A program made the translations under genes and the position numbers. Positions 25,451 through 38,277 of a stretch of DNA of 64,000 bases are shown piece after piece (positions within the stretch are counted from its first letter, which is position 1; every line of letters begins with the position of its first letter). The notes beneath the pieces are model-generated. The model saw only the letters and a program-made list of their open reading frames with translations, ran no database searches and was not told the DNA's origin. The stretch is from Oikopleura dioica (lineage: Eukaryota; Animalia; Chordata): positions 3,162,001-3,226,000 of the forward strand of contig OU015569.1 of NCBI GenBank assembly GCA_907165135.1. The letters are read 5' to 3'.

Positions 25451-26616
25451 ATGTCGTCGAGCCAGGTCAGGGCTCGATTTTGTGTGAAAATATATTAGTA
25501 AAAATATATTTTAGTATATTAACATTTGTTACTGAACTTGAAGCGAATTTTGATAATTTGAAAATATAAATATGAGCCTTCAAAGATTAATGGCAATACT
25601 CGACAGAAGATCCTTCGCCAGTTGAGGAACATCATCCCCCGCCCCATCACTATTTCCCCCGACGATCCCAACGCCCCACCCGAGCGCCGATTCCCCGTCC
25701 GGGTCTCCCCCCTGAACGTGCCCTTCGAGTACCCCGCTGAACCGATTTTCAAAGTACCCAAGGTTCCCAAATCCATGTTTTTCTACGACACTCCTAAGCC
25801 GAAGCCGGAACCAGAACCAATCGTTGGAATCTCTCAGCGTACCGTCTGGTGCCCGCTGAAGAGCAAGAATCAGCTGAAAGTAACTCCCATCTACGCTTGG
25901 GGATGGGACAGAACCTATGCCAGAAGTCGAGACCTCGAGAAAGCGGGAATTAAGTTTGTCCCACCATCAGGAAATAGGTGCGAAAGATACAGTAGTCTTA
26001 ATCTTGACCCAGAAATATTTGAAATAATTTCGCACCTCGAGAAAAAGAGCGAAGAAACAGAGTGGTTATTCCTTACTACCCACCGAACAGCGATTCTGCA
26101 ACTCCTCTGGCTCCTAAATCCAAGAATATTAAGATCCAAATCCAGCGGGACGAGCCAGAAGCTCAACTCCCTGACCAAGTCCCCACTCTCCAGCTTCCAA
26201 CACGGCAGCTTCCCTTGCCCGAGCAGGACCTCTTCGGGGTCAACTCCGAGGAAGTTCCTCAGCCTTTGTTTCCACCAAAAGAAGACGATGAAGAGGACGA
26301 AGACCCCTTTAACACTTCCTTTGTTGGAGAAGGTGACGATGATGATGAAGACGACGAGAACGGTGAATATCGCGGCCGAATCAATGAAGAAGTCGAAGAA
26401 AAAGCTGATGACTTCAAGGAAAACTGGGACCCCAATGCTCCCGGCCCATCTTCTCCTGGAACCGATCCAGGAACTCCACGACCAGGAGCGTCTACTAGGC
26501 GCCCGGCCTCTCGACAGATCTCCAAGGACGAATCTTCCCCGATGATGGATCTCTACGGACCAGAAATCGTCACTTCTATCTACAACGTCCGACGAGACGC
26601 CCTCAAGCGCCTCTAA
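25451..26616 (+). CDS. Orphan Pro-rich/acidic protein, divergent from MSH2
   Basis: MSSSQ|INGNTRQKILRQ... (intron 25466-25585). The frame switch near 25970-26050 is resolved by a GA-AG intron. Acidic C-terminal ORF ends ALKRL*. No family recognised. Confidence 0.65.
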
Positions 26617-26830
26617 ACTAAAAAAGAAATTTATTTATTGAAAAAAGAAAGAAGAAAGAAAAGCGCTCATTTATCTTCACCTGCCGCGCAAAAGAAAAAC
26701 AAAAAATTTCAAGAAAATATCAAAAGCACAGCCATTTATCTGCCCACTCTTCATTTATTTACTATCTAATAATATATTTTTTTATAAACCGTAAATTTGA
26801 TTTCGTGCTTCACCAATTTTTCTTTTCAGA

Positions 26831-28299
26831 ATGGCTAGTTGTGGAATTGCAAAATGGCTTCTTCTGTTGAGCACAACCGAAATCGTGAGTCCATTCAAAA
26901 GTGGTGTCTCGTCAGGATCTGTTGGAGGGACGTATAAATTCGCTCAGAAGTTGTATGGACAGGTCAGGAAATATCCTTTTTTTTTTTGAGGTAAACCGGA
27001 ATTTCAGGGAAACGTCTTTCCAGCACTAAAAACATTCGAAGCAGCTTTTCGAAATCATTTGTATCGCGAAGACGTCGAACTCACTTGCCAGCTGAAATGC
27101 ATAAAGAAGGAGAATGATTTTGAAGAAGATAGAGAAGAGATAGAAGCGAGGGCTTTTGAGTCTCTCTTCACGAAAACCCTTTGCCTGGAAAACTGCTTCA
27201 AAGAAAACAATGCTTCGGAAATGAACAGAGCAAGCGGAAATAGTAAAACTGAACTCGACAATGTAAGGCTTGATTCAATTCGATAGAGATTATTAATATC
27301 GATTTTCTAGCGCTTTGTTTATCATTATCTTCATTTTCTGTACAATGAGATTGGCGAAGGAAAAGAAGCGATGAACCTGGTCTGGACGTATTTGCAAAAG
27401 TTTCCGAAAAACAAAGACATGCTGAGTAATTACTTCCTGTACCTCGAGCTCTACCCCGAACTCAGTCGCGCCAAAGCCACTTTTCTCGACTACGACGAAG
27501 GAACTCTCGACAAGACCGTCAAGAAAATCGTCAAGCTCTATAATGACCAAGACTACGCTTCCTTGCCACCACTCATTGACGCCGCCATCATTGAGTACTT
27601 CCAGCTTCAAAAGACTTGCAAGCTCCGATGCTTCCTAACACCAGAAAAATCCGATCACAACTTTGGCCAGTCAACTTTCATTTCCCTTCTCGAGCAAGAA
27701 ATATATAATTTGGATTGTAAACGAAGCTGCTTGAAAATAAAGTCACCATATGGGATATTTTCCGACTTTCTTGTTAAATTTTTCGTACAGGCATTGGCTT
27801 TAAGAATCGATTTTTAGAGATTAGACTCTTATCATTAAAGATCAAGAATCAGGTTCTTTCTTCAGATTTTTCTTATAAAGTAAACATAAGAATGTCACCC
27901 AAAATTTTCACTAAAAAAGTTCGAACCCTTAACTTGCAATTCTATTCTGAAGCCCTGATTCTCGATTTTAAGTGCTCAATTTTAAAGCCTTCATAGAATA
28001 AAAACCAGACAACGTTCGATCCGTTGATTCCAATCGAGACCTTTCTTCACTACCTTCATTTTTCTTATTTCCAGAGCGGTAATCATACGGCGGCGGCGGA
28101 AATCGCAGCCACCCGCCTTCTCTTACCTCTTGACACCTTCCACGAAGGAGGAGAGAGCCGAGAAGATATCAACAACGACCTGCAAGCCTTTCAAATACTA
28201 AACCCAGATGTAAAAATTCAACCTCGTTCAGACATAACTGCGCACTTGGCCGAGCTTGATGAGCTCGAGTCTTTTCTGTTTTCGTCTCTTTCTTTATAG
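26831..28299 (+). CDS. CRTAP/SC65/leprecan-like secreted/ER protein
   Basis: Hydrophobic N-terminus; CxxxC motifs (CQLKC, CLENC, CKLRC, CKRSC); two YLHFxY repeats typical of the CRTAP/P3H N-terminal region. Confidence 0.7.
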
Positions 28300-28379
28300 T
28301 TCCACTAACTTGATCTTGCCTGAAGTTCCTAATAAATAAATAACGAAGAAACATTATAAATGTATATAATTTCCAGAAA

Positions 28380-31193
28380 ATGCCTGACATTCGAATAGTG
28401 CCACTGGGAGCCGGACAAGATGTCGGCCGAAGCTGTATTTTAGTTTCGATCGGCAGTAAGAATGTCATGTTCGACTGTGGCATGCACATGGGGTATCACG
28501 ATGCGAGACGCTTTCCAGACTTTAACTATATCACCGGTGGCGACCAGGTAAGGCCCTACCCGCCAATGTAAGCCCTATATCCTCTGGTTCTTATGATGGT
28601 ATTAATTGGTTCGATTGATAGTGGTTCGGGTTTAGTCCTTGTTTTATTCGAGTCAGTAGTTGTAACAAGCCGTTTTAGACAACTTTAACGCCGCATATCG
28701 ACGCTGTAATTATTTCCCACTTCCACTTGGACCACTGCGGTGCGCTTCCTTACATGTCCGAACAAGTCGGCTACGACGGCCCAATTTATATGACCATGCC
28801 GACGAAAGTGATCTGCCCGATCCTTCTGGAAGACTTTCGCAAAGTCGTAACCAAACGCAGCGCAAGTGAAGAGACAAACTTCTTTACTTCCGAAATGATC
28901 AAAAACTGCATGCGTAAGGTGGAAGTCTGCGGTCTCCACCAGGTCATTAAAGTCGACGACGAGTTGTCTATAAAAGCCTATTACGCCGGCCACGTCCTTG
29001 GTAAATAATAAAGAACAAACTAACGCTGATAAATGTTTTTGCAGGCGCGGCAATGTTCAAAGTAACCGTCGGTGATGAGTCTGTCCTTTACACAGGCGAC
29101 TTCAACATGACCCCTGATCGTCACTTGGGCGCTGCCTGGGCGGATCGCTGCAAACCAACCGTCCTTATTTCCGAATCTACTTATGCTACGACGATTCGAG
29201 ACTCAAAACGATCTCGGGAACGGGATTTCTTGAAGAAAATTCACCGAACGGTCGAGAACGGTGGCAAAGTGCTGATTCCCGTTTTTGCTCTTGGCCGCGC
29301 GCAGGAGTTATGCATCCTTCTTGAGCAGTATTGGGATCGAATGAAGCTCAATGTGCCGATTTATTTCACCGCTGGTCTTGCGGAAAAGGCGACCAATTAC
29401 TACAGTTAGGGCACTATTTACCCTCAGTACTCTTCTATGTCTTCTTTAGAGCTTTTCGTCAACTGGACGAATGAGAAAATTAAAAGCTCCTTTGTTGAGC
29501 GAAATTTATTCGACTTCAAATACATCAAAGCCTTCCAAAAAGAGGTGCACTTGAATCAATCCGGCCCGTGTGTTTGCTTTGCGACGCCTGGAATGCTGCA
29601 CGCCGGCATGAGCCTGGAAATCTTTCAAGCTTGGTGCTCCGATGAAAAGAACTGCATCATCATGCCCGGCTTCTGCGTGGCGGGCACGGTCGGCCATCGG
29701 CTCTTACACGGCGAGCGTCATTTCAAATTCAACGGCGTCAGCGTTACTAGTCGCATTAAAGTCGAGTACATGTCTTTTTCCGCCCATGCAGATGCAAAGG
29801 GCATTATGCAGTTGATAAAAATGGTCGAGGTTAGGCTCGATTGAGGATTTACGAATATAGGAGCCTTTTTGTAGCCTAAAAATGTAATGTTCGTTCATGG
29901 CGAAGCGGCCAAGATGGAGTTCCTCGCCAAAAAAGTGCAGAAGGACATGAATCTCCCTTGCTACACTCCGGCAAATGGCGAGACTGTCAACATCTCCTGC
30001 CCGCCTCAAATCCGATTGAAAATAGAGGCTGATTTGGCGAGGAAGATTATGAAGCGCTCTTTGAATCGCGCTGCTTTCCACGCCGCCTTGGTCAATGATG
30101 GTAAAGACGTGCTTTTTTGAAGGTTATGCAATTTATTTCTCCGATTTTTTCCATTATCGACCCAGAACACTATATATATTTAGAATCAGTGAACAAAATC
30201 TAGAAACTTGACCGTTTTAGTTTTTCGAAATTCACTTCCGGTTACGATTCTAGAGCCGGAAGTAGGCGAAATTTTGGAGTCATGGTAAAGTGTGACCTAT
30301 CAAATTGATGCGCAGAAGATTCTCAGTCATCTCATCATCGATATACTTGAAGAAACAGTCCCGAGCGCGGTTAAACTGACCGGTAAAACTATGAAAAAAG
30401 CATGAGTTAATGAGAAATTTTTCAATTTTTACCGGTCGTTTACCGGCGGTTTTTGACCGTGCTTAGACTCGGTTCCGATAAATAATGACTATATTCGTAG
30501 TGAGCTTCAATTTGATAGGTCATATGCTCGTTTTTCTTATAAATTTCGTGAACTTCCGGCTCTAGAATCGTAACCGGAAGTTAATTTCGAAAAACTAAAA
30601 CGGTCAAGTTTCTAGATTTTTTTCACTGATTCTAAATATATATAGTGTTCTGGGTCGATAATGGAAAAAATCGGAGAAATAAATTGCATAACCTTAAAAA
30701 AAGCACGTCAAAGCATTTAGTATTGCAAGTTCTCACATCAATTTCTTTTCTAGGGAAAAATATGGAGCTGCTCCATCCAGACGTGGCGATGAAAAAACTG
30801 AAAATCCAACAGCATCACTTTCAGTTGAACAGTAACGTCGACTTGCCAACCGGGGAGTCTTCTGCAGAGCAAATTATTGTTTCCTTGAGGCTTTTAATCA
30901 AGGTATAAATTCTTCTTTCCCGAGTAGTTTTCCATTAATTTTTCAAGACCTATCTGCCACCGATGTTAGAAAAGTGGGTTCAAATCGGAAATCTTATTCA
31001 CACGATCGAACTCGCCTCGCCTGACATGTCTCAAACAATCTCCATCACCGCAGAAGTCCGAACTAGCTACGGATACGTTGAAGTCCAGCGACACAGGAGT
31101 CTCAAAGTCACGTGGCCCCTCTCCGTCGACGACGAAATCGGAATCCTGCTCTCTCGGCTGTCGAAAGAATTCGCTCTCGTTGTTCCGAGATGA
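28380..31193 (+). CDS. INTS11: Integrator complex subunit 11 (CPSF3L) endonuclease
   Basis: [74 protein letters not shown]. Confidence 0.96.
30106..30709. mobile_element. Foldback/MITE element inside an INTS11 intron
   Basis: Near-perfect inverted arms of about 155 bp (GACGTGCTTTTTT...GAGCCGGAAGT / ACTTCCGGCTC...AAAAAAGCACGTC) with further internal inverted similarity; AAA on both flanks (possible 3-bp TSD). Confidence 0.9.
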
Positions 31194-31355
31194 ATTGCTA
31201 AAATGAAACTGCTAGATTTAATAACTTGCTTTTTGCTGCCTCTTTTTCTTCAATTTCACTGCCGAAAATACGCATAATAATTAATTATTAATATCACAAG
31301 AAAAAAGTATCAATCTTTGTGTTTCCCAGAGTGGTAGAGTAGGAAAGAAGGCGAA

Positions 31356-34300
31356 ATGAATGCAGAAAATGTGGCGAAAATGCTGGCAGCTACAGTCGCC
31401 CCGGAACGAGACGTAGCACAGCAAGCAGAGGCGAAATTGGAGGAAATGCAAAAAGTAACCCTTCTCAAGCTTTTACGAAATATTATTTATGAATAGATAA
31501 TCGGATTCCCTGGTATACTTCTACAATTGGTCATGGGCGAATCTGTAGATCAGTCAGTAAAACAGGCGGGCGCCATTATGCTCAAAAATTTTTGCCACAC
31601 TTTCTGGGCCGACAGGGAAATGACAGCAGCGGGCGACTCGGCGACGAACTTCGTCATTCATGAAAACGACAAAGCTGTATGTCGTCTGGATTACTTCCTA
31701 TTAGTTTTTCTATCTTTTCTTTAGTATATCCGGGAGAACATTGTCGAGTCTATCATTGCCTCGAACGAGCTTCTACGAAATCAACTCACAGTCATCGCCA
31801 ACCACATTATCAAGCACGACTATCCTCACAAATTCCCAGAGGTCAATGATAAAATCCTCGCTTATCTGCAGGTGAGGACGCGACGCGAATTCAATTCAAC
31901 CCAACCCAACTGCACAGTTCTTTATTAAAATTAATCGTAGGAGAGAGCGGAGCCAGCAAAGCTGATGGGATCTCTGCTGGTGCTCTACCAAATCGTGAAA
32001 TGTTTTGAGTACAAGAGCTCGAAAGAGCGCGAGCCACTGATCATGAGCATGAAAGTATTCCTGCCAATTATTCAAGAAATGATCGACCAGCTCTCGGCGG
32101 GAGACAATAACGAAGCATCTATCCTCCTGCAAAAACAAATTTTAAAAATCTTCTTCGCTCTCACACAGTACACCATGCCCCTGACACTCATCAACGCGGA
32201 AAACTTCGCCACGTGGATGGAAATCATCATTCGAATTATTGCAGTACGTAGCATCTTTCTTTTTGTTCTCAATTGAGACCTCTTTTAGATCGAGGTCCCA
32301 GCTTTTGTTGATGAGTACGACGAGTCTGATCGGGCAGAGTCGCCTTGGTGGAAGGTCAAGAAGTGGTGCTGCCATGTCGTCTCCAGGATTTTTGAGCGAT
32401 ACGGAAGCCCAGGAAACGTCGATGAACAATACCTAGATTTCGCCAACTTCTGGCTCAAGAATTATTCAATCAAAGGTAATCCCTCCCCTTAACTCAATAA
32501 GTCTAATCACGTTAAATAAGTGATGGCCGTCCAGCTCCAGGTGCTACAGCGGAAGAAGGAGGAAAAATACATCGCACCTCGCGTGCTTCAACAAATCCTG
32601 AATTACGTCGAAACAGCAGTTGGGCACGCACAGACCTGGAAGATCTTGAAAAACGTCTATAACGATATGCTGATCTACATCTTGTTCCCACTCCTGTGCT
32701 TCTCAGAAGACGACAAAGACCTGTGGGAAGACGATCCACAAGAGTTCATTCGATCGAAGTTCGATGTCTTCGAAGATTTCATTTCGCCCAATACTGCCGC
32801 CCAGACTGTGCTACATACTGCATGCTCAAAGCGTAAACAAGGTATATTTTATCGTTTACCGACATTGTTCTGATGCCTTGTATAAGTGCTCGAGCTAACG
32901 ATCAACTTCTGCTCTCAAAAGATTCAAGAAGGCTGCACACCACAAGAGCAAGACGGCGTGCTTCATATCATCGGTTCTGTCGCCGATGCCTTGATGAAAA
33001 AGAAGCCGTTTAAAGATCAAATGGAAGGAATGCTCCGTGACCTTGTTCTTCCAGCCTTCACCAATCAAGAAGGATACATCCGCGCTCGAGCTTGCTGGGT
33101 TGTTCAACAATGCGCACATTTGAAGTTCAAGAGCGATGACATTCTCAAAGCGATGGCCGATTGCGTCAGGTACAATTTTACCAAAAAAGTTCGTTTCTCA
33201 GGTTGAATTACTTTAATTAGGGGTCTCTTGCTCAACCCCCAGGAACACCTGCCCGTGCGTGTTGAAGCTGCGATCGCCCTTAACCAGTTCGTCTGCCAGC
33301 AACACAAAATTGCCCAGTACATGACTCAATCGCTCAAAGAGATACTTGAAGGTAACGTTTTATCTCGATCTTTCAAAATAACGGCTCTAGCACTTCTTTT
33401 CTTGATCAACGAAACTGAGAATGACGAGCTCACTGATGTGGTTAGGAAGATTATCTGCTACTACTGTGAAGAAATCGCTCCATTTGCTGTTGAAATGGCC
33501 GACAAAATTGTTGCGACCTTTTTAAAGGTTTGAAAAATTCTGTTACTCTGGTTTTAACGGCTTTAGGTTATCGACAATGATGACGAAGACACGTCTGATG
33601 ATCGAGCAATCACAGCTGTTGGTCTTCTCAACACACTGGAAACTATGCTCGACGTGGTTGATCAAGAAAAGAGCATCATGGCTCGCTTGGAGGGTATTGT
33701 CTGCCGGGCTATCGCGCACGTCCTGGCTAATAGAATAATGGACTACTACGAAGAAGTGCTTTCCCTGCTGTACTCGATCACATGCAACCAGGTCTCTCCA
33801 GAGATGTGGCAGGCGCTCGAACTCATCCACAACGTAAGTGAAGAACTGAGAGTTCAAGAATGCAACCCTTGTTCATTCCTAGGTTTTCAACGACGATGGA
33901 TTCGACTTTTTCACAGAAATGATGCCTTGCCTCCACAACTTCCTTGTGAACGACACGGAGATGTTCCTATCGAACCCTCGGAATCTCGAAATCTTGTTCT
34001 CCATGTGCTGCAAGGTGCTCACCTCAGACTGCGGAGAGGACCCGGAGAGCCACGCAGCCAAGCTACTCGAGTGCATTGTGATCCAATGCAGAAGCCAAGT
34101 GGACCCCATTTTGCCGAAAATTCTTGCACCCGCACTTGAACGACTTACGAAAGAAATCAAGACACCAGAGCTTCGCCAGATGTGTCTTCAGGTAACTTCG
34201 TCGGTCACTAGCTTAGCAAGCCCTGATTTGAGTTCTCCTAGTTCGGAATCCGAACTTCGGATTTTTCCACAAATTTTGCAAGTTACCCTTCTCAAGCTCG

Positions 34301-35105
34301 ATTATTTTAGGTAGTGGTCGCTGCAATGCTCCACAATCCGGATGTGGTGCTTGGCTTGCTTAACGAAATCCGCTTTCCGAATTCGCCCGAGCCAATCGGA
34401 TCCGATCAGTTTGTTCGCAAATGGCTCGGCCATATCGAGGATTTTACTGGCATCCACGACCGTAGAGTTTGCATTTTCGGTGAGAGCCAAAAGCTTTTTT
34501 CATTTTTCACATTTTGATTGATCAGGTCTTTGCAATTTACTGTTGTCATCTGCAAAGCCAGCATGCGTATGGGAACTTAGGAATGAAATTTTGCCGAACT
34601 TTATCCACCTCTTCAATGGACTCAAGAAAGCCGTCGCGCTGAGGGACGAGGAAGAAGACGGGGAAGAGGAAGACGCCGAGATTGACGACTCAGACGAAGA
34701 GCTAGAGGAAATTGACGACGATGCCGACTTGATCGACTCTGACAATGAATACAAAGATATTCTGAAAGACCTTGACGCAGGAGACGAGTCGCTTTGGGAG
34801 GCAGAAACTGGATTAGAGGTAAGTCAACAACCAATTTCACTGAATTTATGATTGATTAAGACTTTCCAAACCGATTTTGACGATGAAGAGAAAGAGGATA
34901 ACGATGAATATTTACGCTTTTGCAAAGCGATGCAAAGTATCGATGCGGGAGATAAGCAACTTTATAGCGGCATCACTGAAGGCTTAACGAATGAGTTCCG
35001 AGATGTAAGTGCTGTATTTCATTACAGTTACTGTAATCCTCTTATAAGGAGCTGATGTCCATCATGAATCTATCCGAGGAGCGAAAGAAAAAGTACTCGA
35101 CCTAA
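31356..35105 (+). CDS. IPO7: Importin-7/8
   Basis: [25 protein letters not shown]...[52 protein letters not shown], acidic tail; about 14 GT-AG introns. Confidence 0.93.
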
Positions 35106-35481
35106 TACAAACCACAAGAAGGATCACCAGAAAAGCTAAAAAAATGTTCACCGAGTTTAAAAGTTATAAATCTGCATTTAGGAAAAATACCTTTAACCAG
35201 TTCAAAAACCTTTAAAAAAACACGCTCTTTTCCACATTGAACCAAACACGCCATAAAAAAAACGGAGAGTCCAAACATGTAAAGCTAGAATAAAAATTAT
35301 TTTTTAACAAAAGATATGTGTATTTGCTCGTCTGTGGAAAAGAGAGAGCGATAATTCCTTAATGCCACCTGTAAAACGAATGATAGAGAGAGTGAATAGA
35401 ATTTGAATATTACTATTACGAGAGCTCCATACGTATTTACTGTATTTACGCGTATATTTTCATTCAGCACTGGAATGCGTT

Positions 35482-36593
35482 ATGGCTGGAATCGCTGATG
35501 GATCAGATCAACTAGTGCCAGGGCGGGTTATTACATGTATAACACGAAACGATGAACAGTTCTCTGGTGCCGTAAGTGGAGACTTAGCCAGGGTTTGCAA
35601 TAGAGGCTCCTTTGGGGGGAGGTTAATTAGGGCCATTAAAACGATGGACTATCTAGCAAATCAGACGCTTGTTATATTTTTGTCAGCAAATCACAGCTAA
35701 AAAACCTCCATAAAAGCAACCCTCCCCCGATGGAGCTTTAGCCAACGCTAGCTTGTTAGACAGTTGGGTATTGTGTACCTGTTTAAATTTCCTTTAGATC
35801 ATTGCTGCTGATCCCTTTAGTTCTATTGTGATGATAAAGTGCAGCAACAGCAAAGTTGTGTTGGTGAACTTGCGACAAATCAAGTCTCTTCAAATCGAAG
35901 ACAAAACAGAGCCCATTCCAGAAATTCCAAAAAGTTCGTAAAAATTTGCTTCACCAAAAATAGCCCAAAGAATAACAACCAGAAAAACAAGTCAATATTG
36001 TCAAGAAAATCATGGCGGAAAGACTGGCAATTCTAAATATCTGTTTTTAAGAATTCGCCGTTGCCAAGTTGGAGCAGCGTCTTTTGGGCAATGTTAAAGA
36101 GAAAATGAACTTGGCGCAAGAAGATGGTCACGAGAAACACCCTCTTGGCGCTAAGATCATACAGGCAAGGGTTCTCTTTTAAATTTACTTTACAGTCAGG
36201 TTTTGATTCTGGTTCGCTCACAAATCATCGAAATACGGGGCATTTTCTCCATTTATCCGAAAAAATGATCATTTGTCAGCCCTGAGTACCTGACTTAAAA
36301 TGATATATAATGATGCACTGTGCATCAAGTAAAATTACTAAAACCTTGGGGTAGAAAATCAACCGTATTCTGGAATGTAAATGGGAAGGCAAGAATATCG
36401 GTAAGCGAAACGTCTTTTTGTCTGTTTATTTAAGCAAATTCTAGTTGTAATGACTGCTGGTATTGAAATTCGGCCACCGTTCAACGAGGCCAACGTGTTC
36501 ATACGCAAAGGAGGAAACAAACAGGGAAAGGAGCGTATTCAGAAGTTACTCTCCAAATTTCACGAAGAAGAGAAGTCGTCGTGTATGCACTAG
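35482..36593 (+). CDS. LSM12: LSM12 homolog
   Basis: Spliced product with Lsm-like N-terminus (GRVITCIT...GAIIAADP...VVLVNL) and AD domain (KINRILECKWEGKNIVVM...IRPPF); not visible as one ORF in the track. Confidence 0.8.
35588..35751. repeat. Degenerate inverted-repeat element in LSM12 intron 1
   Basis: GCTCCTTTGGGGGGAGGTT vs AACCCTCCCCCGATGGAGC; ends CCAGGGTTTGC / GCCAACGCTAG resemble the 329-759 MITE termini; no clear TSD. Confidence 0.45.
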
Positions 36594-36935
36594 AAACTTA
36601 ACAGCTTGAAAATTTCAAACTTTTGACTTTCAAAACAGAAAAAACTGATTAGAAATGATAAACACATGAAGCATTTAACCGCGGTTTCGGCGAATGTCCA
36701 ATTTTCGTGTTTCTAGAGACGCGGTGGGTGTGTGCTTCGGATTGGGCCGCGGATTTAGATGCGTAGAGAGAGCTGCGCAGAGTACAGTTCGAGGTCAGTA
36801 CTGTTTGACATTGATATGTCACCTCAACTGCCCTCGGGTGGGGTTTTTGTTTCACCTTGGACGATGGCCAGTACTCTACTCTTCATATTCGAATATTTTC
36901 TAATTCCAATTTTTGGTTTTCAGAGCAATAGAAAA

Positions 36936-38074
36936 ATGGTGGGAGGACAGTCCTGCCGCCAGTGCGAAGTCTACCAGGAGCGGTTAGACTCGCTGCGTTC
37001 CGACTACGAAGTTCTGAAAGAAGGACCCTTTCTTCCGCCTTTTGGAAAGCCAAAAGAAGTAGAAGAGATCAAGGAAGAGGGCCTAGCCGAGCGAAACCGC
37101 GTCTTGGAGCAGCGACTCACTCAGGAACGCTCGCGCGCGGCCGAACTAGGTAAGTGAGAACTTTTTGGTTGAAATTAATCATCAGATGAGTCCCTAAAGG
37201 CGGCGTTGAGTGAGCTCCAGATCCAGAAAGACCTGAACCACGAGCTCCAAGAGAAATTGTACCTTGGCGGACACATTTTGGAGAACGCTTATCACCTACA
37301 GCAGCACGAAAACGTCGAGCGAAATGCACAGCTACACGAAAAAATCGAACGCCTGAGCAAGGACTGTGGCATCCTCAGAATAGACCTAGAGCAGCACGAT
37401 GTTAAACATTCCGAGAAACTTGAAAAGGCGGTGCAAAGGGAGCAGGTGCATCTTGATACCATCAAAGCGCAAGAACACGAGCTAGAAACGACGGGAAAAC
37501 AGCTTTCTGGTAAAGCGAGAACAAAAATTTTGAAAGATGACGCTGATTTCTAGCGGCCAGAAGCGATATGCTTTTGATGGAGGACAAAATTACCACCCTA
37601 ACACGCATCGTCAACGACCACGAATCGGAAAACGACCAACTTCGAGTTCGTAAAAATTTTGATAACAAACATACCTTTTACAAAAATTTTGATTGAACTT
37701 AATAATTTTACGATAATTCCAGCTACGAGATTTTCATCGGAGATTTCCTATTCATTTTTTCAGATGGAGCTCACCGAAGCCTTCCGCGCCAAAAGTCAGC
37801 TCGAGCGAATGCTAGAGCAGTACAAAGACGATTTAGCTCGTCGAGAGACTGAACCACGTATCGGTGAGTTTTCATCTACAAAACTCTGGAATATGTTTGT
37901 TTTAGATAACCTTTTGCTGAACGACGAGGAATACGTCCAGAACGTCTCTTCGAAACCCATGTCTATTCCGGAACGGCTTCTTATCCATCGTTTTTGATTT
38001 ATATTTTAAATGATAAGAAAACCGACCAAAGTCAAAACGAAACTAATTCTTCTACTGAACTCTTCATCAATTGA
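36936..38074 (+). CDS. Uncharacterised coiled-coil protein
   Basis: In-frame spliced heptad-rich exons (LAERNRVLEQRL, LHEKIERLSKD, LERMLEQYK); last intron probably GA-AG 37971-38017. Confidence 0.65.
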
Positions 38075-38277
38075 CCTTCCACAAACGACCTTCAAATTCT
38101 CTTCTCTCCTCCTAAATGATAAATACAAGTCTTCTCTTCCAACTTAAACATAATTTCTGTCTCAAAAACGAAAAAACGTATTCCCAAAGTTCAAATATTT
38201 CTATTTCTAGAGATCCGCTCTAGAACGGGAAATCAACCAGTTCCTCCTTCACTCCTCCTTTCAATCCGAGTTTTAGA

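Noticed and set aside
25451-26616. Rad21/Rec8 identity for the acidic gene next to MSH2
   Set aside because: No kleisin N- or C-terminal motifs.
37150-37200. Apparent AA acceptor in the coiled-coil gene
   Set aside because: A 36-nt GT-AG intron (37150-37185) restores the frame.
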